The notes under the pieces are model-generated. The model searched no databases and had not been told where the DNA came from. It was given only the letters and a program-made list of their open reading frames with translations. The position numbers and the translations under genes were made by a program. Shown one piece after another: positions 27,146-40,379 of a stretch of DNA of 64,000 bases (its first letter is position 1; each line of letters starts with the position of its first letter). This DNA comes from Octopus vulgaris (Eukaryota), in assembly GCA_951406725.2 (NCBI GenBank), contig OX597825.1, forward strand, positions 47,616,001-47,680,000, given 5' to 3'.

Positions 27146-28099
27146 CACAATAATACTTTTCAAGGATCGCTAGATGAATTTTCTTTACATTGAATAACAT
27201 TTGCTTGGCCTCCTGTTTGAAAGCAAGCTATTCTAAGTTTAGGAGGTAACCCAAGATTATGATCCTTGTAAGGCTCATATTTTGTGGAGGGCAGCATATT
27301 TGAACTAAATACTCTGATTTTCACATAGTTTATCATAAATCAAGTGTTTATGTCCACCACAAAAAGGAAGTGAGGAGAAGGATAATTATCTGTGTTTTGG
27401 GGCAATCATGTCAAATGCCAAAAGATTTGAGATATTCTTTGTTATGGCGTCTTCAATGCTAGTCTCTTGTCTGAAACTAATGAAGCGCAACGTTTTATGT
27501 CAATTCTAGACATTAAATCCTCGGTTATCTACCGTGAAATCAGCAATAAACTACTTTACAATATTCATGATATATATCTTTTTTTCTAAAATTTGTGTAT
27601 CGCTTTTTATATTACTGACAAAGAAAGACAAAAAGAAAAACAAAGCCCATTGTACTTCACGCAACACATGACTAATAAATAAAGTCAAAATAAACAAGGG
27701 GTGACTTATTTTCAATAAATTCTTATTTGTATTTCATTCCTTTCGCTACAGTAACGATGTAAATGTAGAGCGACTTTTGCACTTCCAGTGGCTTTATGCA
27801 CGCACACACACAAAAACACATACACACAAACATAAGAACACATGTATGAACAGGCGAATATGTGCGTGTCAGTGATCGCATTATAAGATGACTAGGTATG
27901 CGTACGTGCATATATTTATATACATGCGTACATACATATATATTTATCTGTGCTTGTGTATGCATATATATTCACACGCACACACATGCTCTCTTATAAA
28001 CATGCACGCGAACCTTCGTTTTGGGATCACCACTACTTTATTATCTCCCCTTCTTCCTAGCACTCTTATGTGACCCGTCTGTCCGGAATTCGCCATGAT

Positions 28100-28256
28100 A
28101 GATCGCTAGCCACTACACATTCTTTATTTTCTCTCCCTCTTTCTTTTTGTGTTCCTTTCTGTGGAAGAGCGTAGGCTTGAAACGTTAAAGACTTTTTCAC
28201 TTCCCGCGCGTTAGACTAAAACATCTACACTACGTATCTTCGTCTTTTTTGTGACT

Positions 28257-28258
<2 letters not shown>
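28100..28258 (+). mobile_element. Short PLE-derived repeat with HHR-like core
   Basis: GAAGAGCGTAGGCTTGAAACGT motif; inverted copy at 28680-28855. Confidence 0.55.
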
Positions 28259-28324
<66 letters not shown>

Positions 28325-28424
28325 CATATATATATATACATATACATACATGCATATATATATACATACATACATACATGCATACTTATATATATATGTA
28401 TATATATATATATATATACATACA

Positions 28425-28644
28425 TATGGGGGTGTGGAGCTGAAAACTTCCTGGCTCTAAGAATATCGTGAAAGGCCTGGTTGGAGGTTCAACCTTCCAA
28501 GTTCTTTTATAATGCTTAAAAACTGAAGGACGGGTGCAAATAGTGTGTGAATCTCAAAGGAGAATATGTTAAATAAAATAACAATCTACTGATCCTCCTC
28601 TATTTTTTTATTCAAAGCCAGAGTCTTTCTAGCACCTCCTCGTA
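28425..28644. mobile_element. Mariner-type MITE
   Basis: Degenerate TIRs TATGGGGGTG..GCTGAAAACTTCCTGGCT / AGCCAGAGTCTTTCTAGCACCTCCTCGTA, flanked by TA. Confidence 0.55.
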
Positions 28645-28679
28645 TGTACACACACACACACACACACATATATATAGTT

Positions 28680-28855
28680 GGAATTTAGAAAAAAAAAAGA
28701 CAAAAGACGAATACAGGTGTATAAACAACAAACAAGTTTAACGCTCGGGAAGGTGAGAAAGTCTTTTCCGTTTCGAGCCTACGCTCTTCTACAGAAAGGA
28801 ACACGAGAAAATAAACAGAAAGAGAAAAAAATGCTTTAGTGGCTAGCCGTCGATA
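28680..28855 (-). mobile_element. Short PLE-derived repeat (inverted copy of 28100-28258)
   Basis: Reverse complement reads ctgtagaagagcgtaggctcgaaacgg..agactttctcacc. Confidence 0.6.
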
Positions 28856-29122
28856 AATATATTTATATTGTTGTATTTGGGGATGGCCTTGTTGCCAGTT
28901 TAGCCAATGAATATTTAGCCAACGGATATATGAACGTATATAACGGTTATTTTCAATACTTTTCTCGCTGGATTACATGTTCGTTTCTCTTTTTGTCAGC
29001 TGCAATTTTAGTTTTGATCTTCTATATAAATGAAGATATTTCCTCCGTCTGACTGTTTTTTCTTACATTGTGGAAAGTTACACTGTGGAACAGTCATTGT
29101 AGCGAGTGGTATATATTTATTT

Positions 29123-29228
29123 ATCAACCGATGAAATGCATCTGCACCACCGGGTGCTCCTGAACCAGTTGTTAAGTGTCCCACCCAGGAGGAATCGATG
29201 CTAGATGCGTCGAAACAATTGTCGTGAT
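29123..29228 (+). ncRNA. Degenerate type I hammerhead ribozyme with long stem II
   Basis: ATCAA-CCGATGA-stem II (GCATCT..AGATGC)-GAAA-CAATTG-TC-GTGAT. Palindromic stem III ACAATTGT; U4 replaced by C. Confidence 0.65.
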
Positions 29229-29274
29229 TAATAATAAATTCACTTATATTCAATCTTCTGTCTTTCATTTGTTC

Positions 29275-29316
<42 letters not shown>

Positions 29317-29339
29317 GGCGCGCGCGCACACACACACAC

Positions 29340-30228
29340 ATAGGATGCGATGAGTAAACTGTTGTCTAAATTACACAAAAATAAAAATATTACTGACATC
29401 TCATTTTAACAGAAATATCTTGAAATACTAAAGACTAAATTTATGCGGTAACATCGCCATTGACTACAATCACAGCCTCCAGACAAGTTCGGAATCTCCT
29501 GCAACTCTGCTGGACGGTCTCCTTGTTTAAGATGGTGAATGCTGCCATAATCCTTTCTTTCAGTTCATCTATTACAAGGAGTTTTGTTGGTCTCTTGCTC
29601 CACTGAGCCCCACACATAATAATCAAGAGGTTGCAGTCTGGTGGGTTAGGTGGCCAGATGTTTAGGGTGATGTGGTCGCATAAATTGCCTGACAGCCATG
29701 ACTGAGATCTGCTTGTGTCACCTGGTGCAGAGTCCTGAGTCTTGTTACCAGACACAGGGTCCTCTTGCAGCCACTCTCTTGATCCAGGGGAGCACTACCT
29801 CCTTCAGAAACTTGATGTAGTGCTCATTGTTGAATCTGAGGCCCTGTAAGAAGATGAAGATGAATGGAAGTATAACGTCGCCATCACCAGTGATCACTCC
29901 AAGCACAATAGTGTTGAATGGTTGTTTGATTTTTATCACTCTCGGTACATATTCATATTGGAGCCTCCAGCGCTTCGTATTGGAGCTTCCGGCGCTTCAG
30001 ATTGGAGTTTCCAGTGCTTTTTATTGGAGCTTCCGACACAAATGCCAAGCAATACAACATGTCGTTTCCAAATTTCTATTAGAGGGAATTGTCTCATGAT
30101 GATGCTTTTCTCACAGACGCTACCCATTTGACCCTACTATACTGTGTAGTCGACAAAATCAATTATATACAAAGTACATACACAAATTTGAAAATATAAA
30201 ATGGTGACATCCCATAGCACCTTCTGTA
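29340..30228 (-). mobile_element. Tc1/mariner (maT/Bmmar1-like) transposon relic
   Basis: QDSAP and WPPNPPDCN motifs, VLGVITGDGDV; degenerate TIRs next to TA-containing repeats. Confidence 0.75.
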
Positions 30229-30238
30229 TGTGTGTGTG

Positions 30239-30332
<94 letters not shown>

Positions 30333-30463
30333 TCAGCGTCTTGACCAATCGCAGCCCGTTTACTGGTTATAATATCTGAATTCCTCCAACTCATTCAAAT
30401 TTCCATTGGCTGAGGATTAGCATCACACTCTGAAAGTGGCAAGGAATTTGAATACACACACAC

Positions 30464-30515
<52 letters not shown>

Positions 30516-32425
30516 TGCAGGTTTGTATGCATATATGTAGTATATATGTACGTACATATAGCTATAGTGTTTGAGTGTGTGATTTGGTTTCAGCGGCTCT
30601 GGTGGCATAATTATGGGATGAGTTTAAGAGACAAGAAAAGCTGTTGTGAGCACAGAAAGTACTGATGACAAAGAGCTTAGAGAGAAGTAATGTGAGATAG
30701 ACGTCCGTGATTCAGGAAGAAATATGGTCGAAATGTTGTTGCTGATTTTTGAGTTTTGAGAGCGTTAAAATCTACAGAGAATACACTGGGTCTTGGAGAT
30801 AAGGATGGTAACATTTATGCGTTGGAGAGAAATTTTGTGTGTGCTTAATGTGTTAGCACGGAGAAATGTGCGGGACTATTTGGGGTCGGAGTCCATAGAT
30901 GTTAAAAAAGTGGCAATGAGTTTGTCCGGCAAGTTTGATTTTACTCTTAGAAAGATCACAGTTAACCCTCGCTAGACTGGTTACTACACAAATAGTACGT
31001 AGGAGAAAATAGTAATTGCTTTGGTCTAATTCTCCCATTATTTCTGTTGCAGGTAAGCGAGAGTTAAGTAAATTTTATATGGTTAGGGTTCAATTTGCAT
31101 AATTGCTAGTGGGAAAATATAAGCGAAGAAGTTTTATGGGGAGTTCCACAGTTGAAGAATTGACTGAAATGTCTCGTGAGAGTATACTGGTTGAGGTAAG
31201 GATGAAATAGCGGGAGGAAACAAACTGAGTCTGAAGAATGAGTTTATATAACGATGGTTGGTATACGAACATAGATAGTTCTAGTACAGTGAAAAAGACA
31301 GAGGGATCATTCTTGCTCATTTTTAGTGTTTTACATCAAAATTTGAGAGTAAATACAATAAATCTGATATTATCTGAATTGATATAATTGATCTGTCAGC
31401 ATTCATTGGTGGTCATGGTATCCATGGTATCCATGGACTGTTTCGTGAAAGCGTGAGGCTTTAATTGACAAATTGACTCTCTTTATCTTAATGTTTAACC
31501 CATCAACATTAAAGAGCTAAAAATGACCCAGTAATCCCCTGTTAGGAAAATAGGCGACAATCAGACCTTCGGTAGAATAATGCTTCAAATTGTTCTGCTG
31601 ACTGATCGCAATTTCGAATGAATAATAACGCTGAGTAAACCGGGTATTACATATTATTTACAATATCTTATTTTCCATAGTTAAATGGAGCGAGGGGAGG
31701 GGTGAAGTTGTCTTGTTCTGAAAATTTCATTGAAACTGGTGTCTTGCATCATAATGTTAAATATGTATGAAATGGATCTTGGCATAATCACTCTCAAAGT
31801 AGAAAAGACGACGATGGTGCTCATAAAGCGATAATGATTATGATGATGAATATGATAATGTTAAGACGACGACGACGTAGAAAGTGGGTAATACTAATTT
31901 TTCTGATTATAATCAACCACTAAAATCCTAACCAAAGTAAGATACCATCTTATCTTAATTATTCCAGTTCTTTTTATTTTGGCTCAGTGCCATTGATATA
32001 AACCACATTCTTGTCTTAATCCCCATTTGTGTATGAATGGGGGGGGGGGTGATGAATTTGTTTACTTATCACACAACTGCAATGATCAACCGCAATAATA
32101 ACTATTACGTCAACACGCTTAATATGCAATCGTGTTAACGACATATGAGAACAATTGCTTTTAAATATTTCATTTCCTTAAATGTGCGTTAATTTTTATT
32201 TATTTTCACATTTCAACCATTCAGTACTTGACAATAATTTAGCAGAAATGTCCATTTGCGAATTATAATGCTAAATACTATGTAGACTCCTAAAGAATTG
32301 CATATATAGGAAAATACAAGTGGTTGCAATAAAAATATTTGTTTGCTTCTATTCTAAGTAATTTTGAGCCTTTGTATTTATCAGTGGTTACACTATTTCT
32401 CATTCTGTAGATTTTATATGTTTCT

Positions 32426-32585
32426 GGCGCAGGCGTGGTTATATAGTAAGAAGCTTGCTTCCCAATAACATGGTTACAATTTTGCGCTGCACCTTGGGCA
32501 AATGTTCACTACTATAGCCTCGGGCCGACCAAAGCCTTTTGGGTGGATTTGGTAGACGGAGACTGAAAGGAGCCCGTCGTGTATA
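32426..32585 (+). mobile_element. Octopus-type tRNA-derived SINE (family A), 5' part
   Basis: ggcgcaggcgtgg..gtaagaagcttgcttccc head, then ctatagcctcgggccgaccaaagcc..gtggatttggtagacgga. Confidence 0.7.
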
Positions 32586-32614
32586 TATATATGTAGAGAG
32601 AGAGAGAGAGAGAC

Positions 32615-32653
<39 letters not shown>

Positions 32654-33739
32654 TTAAATAATCCAAAAATTTCACTGGCTAATCACTGTCATATAAGGAG
32701 AAAATCTCGGTGATATATATGTTAGGGATTATTATAATAATACTTATTGTTGATAATAATGAAAGGATGAAAATGGAGAATTAGGGATGTATAAATAATT
32801 TATTTGCATGATATAATGAGGTTGAAAGTTTTTAATAAAAATAATACAAATAAATTATAAATTATAAAGCTCTAAAAGAAATGGCAAATGCCAAAATCCT
32901 ACATGTATGTTTCGATTCATGCCCCAAGGTGATTAGTAATTTTAAGCATTTGGGCAGGGTCATATGCTAAAAATTGGTCATCATTTTCAACCATATGAGG
33001 CAGAGTCTCATGAGGGCTTTATGAGCTTATACCTCAAAGGCCAACATATTTCTTGAAAGGATGCAGACGAATTACTAAGTTAGATCACGCATACGCTCAC
33101 ACACCAAATCAAATTGTTACTTTCGCAAAATGCAGTGGTAATGACTTTGAGTTGCCGTTAACCAAATTAATAATCGTAATTTAATTTAATGTATGGATGA
33201 ATCCAATTTACCTCTCGCCTCCCTATTCTTATAAACAAAAAGTGAAGTGCTTTACCGGTAAGCTACCAGGTGTATACCATACGATTTATTATCTAATATA
33301 TAAATAGATAAATAAATAAATAAATATATATATATATATTTGCATAGGTATTTAACAATAAGGAAATTGTGTGTATGAGTAAAAACAAGTGTTAATGAGA
33401 AAGCTGTAGTTTTATGAGCTCCTTTCTAAACAGGACTCAGAAAATAAAAACCCTCTCACGCTAAGAAACCAATGGGACTTTTAGAAAGAAGTTCAAATGA
33501 AATCTTTGTTCACTAATTAGGGAAAATTTATGTGACATTATAATAGTAATGACTTCAATATTTAAATGTAGTTTAAGAGATATATTCCAGAGACTTACTG
33601 GGTGGGATTATATATACTACAAAACCCACATCCCCACGCACCCAAGTACAAACACACATATGTATTATATAAAACGATGTCATTTTAGACACATAGAAAG
33701 ATTACCATATACATAAATACATACATATATATATATATT

Positions 33740-34078
33740 ACAGAGATGTACTTTCATAGCAAGTGACCTGATCTGATATCGTGTTCTGAAACAAAAGCAA
33801 TTGCAGCGTGGAAGGTATTTATAAGCCATTTAAAAACACCCCAAAACCGTTAGATTCACTTCAACAATTAAATTTAGTTTGCCAAAATATTTTCGTCACT
33901 TTGAGGCCGCGACCTAATCACTGACAGCACACAATTTTGTCATTTTGTCAGTGATGAGGTCGTTGTTTCGAAGTGACGAAAATATTTTGGCAAATTAGAT
34001 TTAAATGTTGAAGTGAATCCAACGGATTTTGTGTGTTTTTAAATTGCTTATAAATATCTTTCATGCTGCAACTGTTGT
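33740..34078. mobile_element. Head-to-head inverted pair of a PLE-like terminal repeat inside (TA)n
   Basis: Arms 33798-33926 and 33947-34074 are reverse complements, each containing an HHR-shaped motif. Confidence 0.65.
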
Positions 34079-34082
34079 TATA

Positions 34083-34135
<53 letters not shown>

Positions 34136-34158
34136 TCACATATATATAAATTCATTTA

Positions 34159-34219
<61 letters not shown>

Positions 34220-34240
34220 CATATATATATATATATATAT

Positions 34241-34285
<45 letters not shown>

Positions 34286-34360
34286 CATACATACATACAT
34301 ACATACATACATACATACATACATGCATAGTACATACATGCATAAATACATACATACATA

Positions 34361-35508
34361 CACTAGCTGAATGGCCCGTCGTTGCCAGACAATTTCTACA
34401 ATAGAATGTCTTATATAAAGTTTTGTTTATTCCATGTCACACATGCCGTCCCCGATAGATAGGCCTCTTTATCAGGACATATTTGTGTAATTTTTCACAA
34501 AAGAACTTTCCTGAGGATCTTTGTCCTTTTGAAATTATTTACATGTCTGTTCAACCGTTTCACATGATTTTATTCATTAAAACTTATTAAAACTTCAGAA
34601 GTTCTTACAACGTTGGTCATCGTAATGATTTGCTTTCGTTTGTTTTATAAAAGTTCCTCCTCGTTATGATTTTGCCTTCATTCTGTGATTGACAGCTATC
34701 ATGCAGAAAATGCCAGCTTCCAAATCCTGTTTTCTGATTAGGTAAATTTGATTAAACCTTAAACCTCAGTAACATTTTTCTGGAACAAAGGAATAATAAA
34801 ATCGGATTTAATATGGGAAATTATTTCAATATACTAAATTCGAAAATTTTGGTGAAATTTTAAATTCTCACACTAGGGGAAGACCCTACAAGAGTAGAGA
34901 GACAGAAGTTTATAGGACGTCACACACACACACACACACATTTACAACCGTACACACAGGTAATCACGAGTTGAATATGGTCTATGGTCGATATATTTAT
35001 GTATATATGTATGTACGTACGTATGTATATATATGTATATGTATACAAAGTCAGATACTACAAAGCTACGTCTTCCTTATACCCACCTTTCTTTCCCTTA
35101 ATCGGTGTTTTAAAAGTTACTTGTATGTGTGTGTGTGTGTTTGAGTGGGTATGTGTAAGCTTGTATCTAAGTATTCATGAAAGTATGTATGCAGCGTCGC
35201 ACGTATATGACAACTGTACTAACGTTGATTCCCTTGCCACACCATAGTTGTTGCTTACAGAACGCTGTACACCACTTCGCTGATATCATTCGCACTCTGC
35301 TACTATGTTTCCCTAAGACTAATAGTTTTTGTACCCTTCTCCTTTTATAATATAATTAGCCCAACCCCTCTAGGGGGCATATCATAGACTTTTATTGAAA
35401 TCCAATTAACCTATTATTGAACTGAATGTTAGTGTAACATGTATGCATTTTTGGTGAAAATTGGCTCGCTGGTTTAGGCAATAAGATGGTAAAGAGTCAG
35501 AAAATGTA
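34361..35508 (+). mobile_element. Possible non-autonomous Helitron/HINE-like relic
   Basis: Starts ACTAGCTGAATGGCCCG and has a later atgtatgcattttt.gtgaaaattggctcgctggtttagg motif resembling Lep1/DINE-type elements. Weak. Confidence 0.3.
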
Positions 35509-38346
35509 TGTATTCCATTATTGTTTTTTGTTTTTTTATATCTGTCCCTTTTGCTGTCCTGGTGTTCGTATGCATTCGATCCTTCTTCCAGGAAATCTAC
35601 GCTTCCAGCTTAGTTTTTCTAATGCTCGTTGCTTGGTTTTTCTTGGAGGGCTGGCCGTGATCTAGTAATCTCAAGATTAATCAGCCGAAATTACTACGAT
35701 GATCCGGTTCTTGACTGAAGACTGAGGGTTTCGAATGTCCTGTCCGTGTTTATTGTGTCGTCTTCTAAGAGTTATACGTTCTTGTCCATGTTGTATTTTT
35801 CTACATACCTTAACATATATTCCAGGCGCCCCGTACCCCCCTTAACATTTATGTGAGCACATATTCTTAATAATTGGTACGACTCTCTGTTTTGTCTCTC
35901 TCTCTCTCTCATTTTTACTTGATCTGTCCCCCTCTCTCTCTTTTCTCTCTACTCATCCTCTTTTTCTCTTCTCTTTCCTCTGATTCTTTGGTCTAGTCTT
36001 CCACTACCCTCCTATTTCTTTGTCTCGCTCTGCACTCACAGGTCATTCTTCGACACCCATCCCTTCTCCTCTCTGATTCCTTCTTTCTCTCTCTTCTCTC
36101 TCTTTGTTGCGTTTGTCCCTCCTCTCTCTCTCTCTTCCTTTGCTTCTCTTTCTTTTCTTTTCCTCTTCTCTGTCACGTGACTGTTGGCCGAAATCTGCCT
36201 TTCAGCCTCTGACCCTCGTTCTGTTAACATCGCTGTTTTCGTCCGCCACTATAAAGGCTTTTTCCATTGCGCCAGAGAAAAAATTTGTTTGCTTGTTATC
36301 AGTCGTAAGACACTGTTGTTTTCACCGTTAATGCTTCTGTATTTCATGTTTCTGTATTCCATTATTGTTTTTTGTTTTTTTATATCTGTCCCTTTTGCTG
36401 TCCTGGTGTTCGTATGCATTCGATCCTTCTTCCAGGAAATCTACGCTTCCAGCTTAGTTTTTCTAATGCTCGTTGCTTGGTTTTTCTTGGAGGGCTGGCC
36501 GTGATCTAGTAATCTCAAGATTAATCAGCCGAAATTACTACGATGATCCGGTTCTTGACTGAAGACTGAGGGTTTCGAATGTCCTGTCCGTGTTTATTGT
36601 GTCGTCTTCTAAGAGTTATACGTTCTTGTCCATGTTGTATTTTTCTACATACCTTAACATATATTCCAGGCGCCCCGTACCCCCCTTAACATTTATGTGA
36701 GCACATATTCTTAATAATTGGTACGACTCTCTGTTTTGTCTCTCTCTCTCTCTCATTTTTACTTGATCTGTCCCCCTCTCTCTCTTTTCTCTCTACTCAT
36801 CCTCTTTTTCTCTTCTCTTTCCTCTGATTCTTTGGTCTAGTCTTCCACTACCCTCCTATTTCTTTGTCTCGCTCTGCACTCACAGGTCATTCTTCGACAC
36901 CCATCCCTTCTCCTCTCTGATTCCTTCTTTCTCTCTCTTCTCTCTCTTTGTTGCGTTTGTCCCTCCTCTCTCTCTCTCTCTTCCTTTGCTTCTCTTTCTT
37001 TTCTTTTCCCTCTTCTCTGTCACGTGACTGTTGGCCGAAATCTGCCTTTCAGCCTCTGACCCTCGTTCTGTTAACATCGCTGTTTTCGTCCGCCACTATA
37101 AAGGCTTTTTCCATTGCGCCAGAGAAAAAATTTGTTTGCTTGTTATCAGTCGTAAGACACTGTTGTTTTCACCGTTAATGCTTCTGTATTTCATGTTTCT
37201 GTATTCCATTATTGTTTTTTGTTTTTTTATATCTGTCCCTTTTGCTGTCCTGGTGTTCGTATGCATTCGATCCTTCTTCCAGGAAATCTACGCTTCCAGC
37301 TTAGTTTTTCTAATGCTCGTTGCTTGGTTTTTCTTGGAGGGCTGGCCGTGATCTAGTAATCTCAAGATTAATCAGCCGAAATTACTACGATGATCCGGTT
37401 CTTGACTGAAGACTGAGGGTTTCGAATGTCCTGTCCGTGTTTATTGTGTCGTCTTCTAAGAGTTATACGTTCTTGTCCATGTTGTATTTTTCTACATACC
37501 TTAACATATATTCCAGGCGCCCCGTACCCCCCTTAACATTTATGTGAGCACATATTCTTAATAATTGGTACGACTCTCTGTTTTGTCTCTCTCTCTCTCT
37601 CATTTTTACTTGATCTGTCCCCCTCTCTCTCTTTTTCTCTCTACTCATCCTCTTTTTCTCTTCTCTTTCCTCTGATTCTTTGGTCTAGTCTTCCACTACC
37701 CTCCTATTTCTTTGTCTCGCTCTGCACTCACAGGTCATTCTTCGACACCCATCCCTTCTCCTCTCTGATTCCTTCTTTCTCTCTCTTCTCTCTCTTTGTT
37801 GCGTTTGTCCCTCCTCTCTCTCTCTCTTCCTTTGCTTCTCTTTCTTTTCTTTTCCCTCTTCTCTGTCACGTGACTGTTGGCCGAAATCTGCCTTTCAGCC
37901 TCTGACCCTCGTTCTGTTAACATCGCTGTTTTCGTCCGCCACTATAAAGGCTTTTTCCATTGCGCCAGAGAAAAAATTTGTTTGCTTGTTATCAGTCGTA
38001 AGACACTGTTGTTTTCACCGTTAATGCTTCTGTATTTCATGTTTCTGTATTCCATTATTGTTTTTTGTTTTTTTATATCTGTCCCTTTTGCTGTCCTGGT
38101 GTTCGTATGCATTCGATCCTTCTTCCAGGAAATCTACGCTTCCAGCTTAGTTTTTCTAATGCTCGTTGCTTGGTTTTTCTTGGAGGGCTGGCCGTGATCT
38201 AGTAATCTCAAGATTAATCAGCCGAAATTACTACGATGATCCGGTTCTTGACTGAAGACTGAGGGTTTCGAATGTCCTGTCCGTGTTTATTGTGTCGTCT
38301 TCTAAGAGTTATACGTTCTTGTCCATGTTGTATTTTTCTACATACC

Positions 38347-38350
<4 letters not shown>
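35509..38350 (+). repeat. Tandem array of an ~846-bp unit, ~3.4 copies
   Basis: Unit starts at 35509, 36353, 37200 and 38046. Copies differ only in (CT)n/pyrimidine run lengths. Ends abruptly in (TA)n. Confidence 0.95.
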
Positions 38351-38396
<46 letters not shown>

Positions 38397-38455
38397 TATA
38401 CGTTTAAATATTTGTTGTGCAAGATTTTTTATGTGAAGTCGTGTGTTGAAACAGA

Positions 38456-38585
38456 TATTGTTATATTTCGGAATGGTCATATTGCCAGTTTAGCAATATC
38501 ACTGAAGCAAAATAACACCAAATATATAGTGCCTGTGTTTTTATTGGCTAAACTGGCAATATGACCATTCCGAAATATAACAATA
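38456..38585. repeat. Perfect 39-bp inverted repeat of a dispersed repeat end
   Basis: TATTGTTATATTTCGGAATGGTCATATTGCCAGTTTAGC (38456-38494) and its reverse complement (38547-38585); related copies at ~28866 and ~38677. Confidence 0.85.
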
Positions 38586-38591
38586 CATATA

Positions 38592-38622
<31 letters not shown>

Positions 38623-39868
38623 GTGTGTATCTGTGTGTGTGTGTGTGATATGTGCGTTTGTGTGTATATATATTTATATTGTATTTCGGGATGGTCATTT
38701 TATTATTTATTCTTTTTTTTTGCCAAATAAACATGCGCACTATATATTATTTCTTCACTCGTTCATTATTGTTATTTTTTAAAAATTTCTAACGCCTATC
38801 CATTGTCCGAAAATCTTTCGCCACACATCTGTGACCTCTTCAGCAACACTTTTCGTTTCCGTGTGTGTTCTTGCTCCACTTACTCCATTCTGTTCTTCTA
38901 ATATGAGTATCCTTATGTGCACATGCGTTTGCGTCCTTGTTTCTGTGTGTGTGTGTATGTGTGTGTGTGAGTATGGGTGTGTGTATGCTTGTGTGTGTGA
39001 CTTAGATTTTAGCAGTAATGAGGCCTTCTCCTCAGTCGCATCCTCTCACACCATTCTGCTGCTGCCGCTCTAAGACCCAAGAAAATTAAAGTACAATTCT
39101 TGTATTCTTCTGTGTCCTCGCTCACGGTGTTACCATCGTGGTAGTTGTTGCTGTTTTTGTTATTGCCATCATCGCTTCGTATGTATGCATGCCATCTATA
39201 TAGCTTTATCTATTTATTTTATCTATCTCTGTCTTACATTTATCACAGGTATGTGGCAGATGCATTTATATATTCGTTTATTTATCTATTTACATATCTA
39301 TTTATTCACTTATTTGTTTATTTTTTAATACATCTATCTCTATTTTTCACAAGTATCACTGGTAAGTGCACACATACATATCGTATGTATCTGTGTTTTA
39401 TTTACGGATTTTCCCTTACATTTCCCTCTCTCTTCAATCCCAACTGTCTTTAGTCATGTGGTGCGGTGTGGTGGTGGGTGTTACTGTTCCATTCATGTTT
39501 TCTATTGAGGCTCTGTTTGTCTGCTGTTATGTGTGTAGCTTCTTTAAAGTGCTGTGTCAGTTCTATGTATCGATAGTACTTTAACCTCTACGCTCTCAAT
39601 CGAGCCACCATGCTCTGCCTGAACATGTTGGTAGAGTACTGACGACCTTTTACCTTCTTTGAGTTCTCGCCAGTGTTCGCCTGTACGCTCTGCTATGCTG
39701 CGTGCAGTCTCTCTTACGTAGGTAGTTGTTATGTTTCTGCACCGTCCCTCTGTCTGGATGTTTTGCGTTCTTGTCCCAATTTTTGTATTCTTCTTTTATA
39801 TACATATAGTGTTGTACGTACACTTTGGTCTCTTATATGTAAGTACATACATATACATATACATATAC

Positions 39869-39917
<49 letters not shown>

Positions 39918-40379
39918 GGTGGGGTTGTGTTAACCGCACGTGGAGAAATGATAGGAGAAGAAAAAGTAATAAGGCAGAATGTTAATTGAAAGTAAATTTT
40001 AATAAAAATGGATGTATGAAAATTTAAAAAGAAATCAATCCGGCTTTCATTGCGAGGCAAATTTTCAAGATTTGGAAGGGGAATTTTTTTTTTTAAATTG
40101 TGGAAGGGCAATAAAGAAATTTACAATGTTTTTTCGAAAAATAATAAATATATACAAAAATTAATAAATAAGTATGCCAATACATTGTAGTGTCTTTATG
40201 CTTTTAGAGTTCAATGGAAAAGCGTCTTTGGAGGTTTAGGATGCATGTGTTTTAGTGTAGTGTTTTGTTTGAAAAAGTTGGATGTTTATGTGTCAAAACA
40301 GGAAATGGGGTAGGAGTTATCCAGCTCCTGAGAATAAGGGGAGACAATATTGTCTGTTATTATTCATATTTTTCCGTTA

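Noticed and set aside
36184-38197. Three identical 106-aa hydrophobic ORFs
   Set aside because: They start at TTG and arise from T-rich sequence of the tandem unit; no recognisable domain.
35509-38350. CRISPR-like or spacer-containing array
   Set aside because: Units are fully identical with no variable spacers, and the context is eukaryotic.
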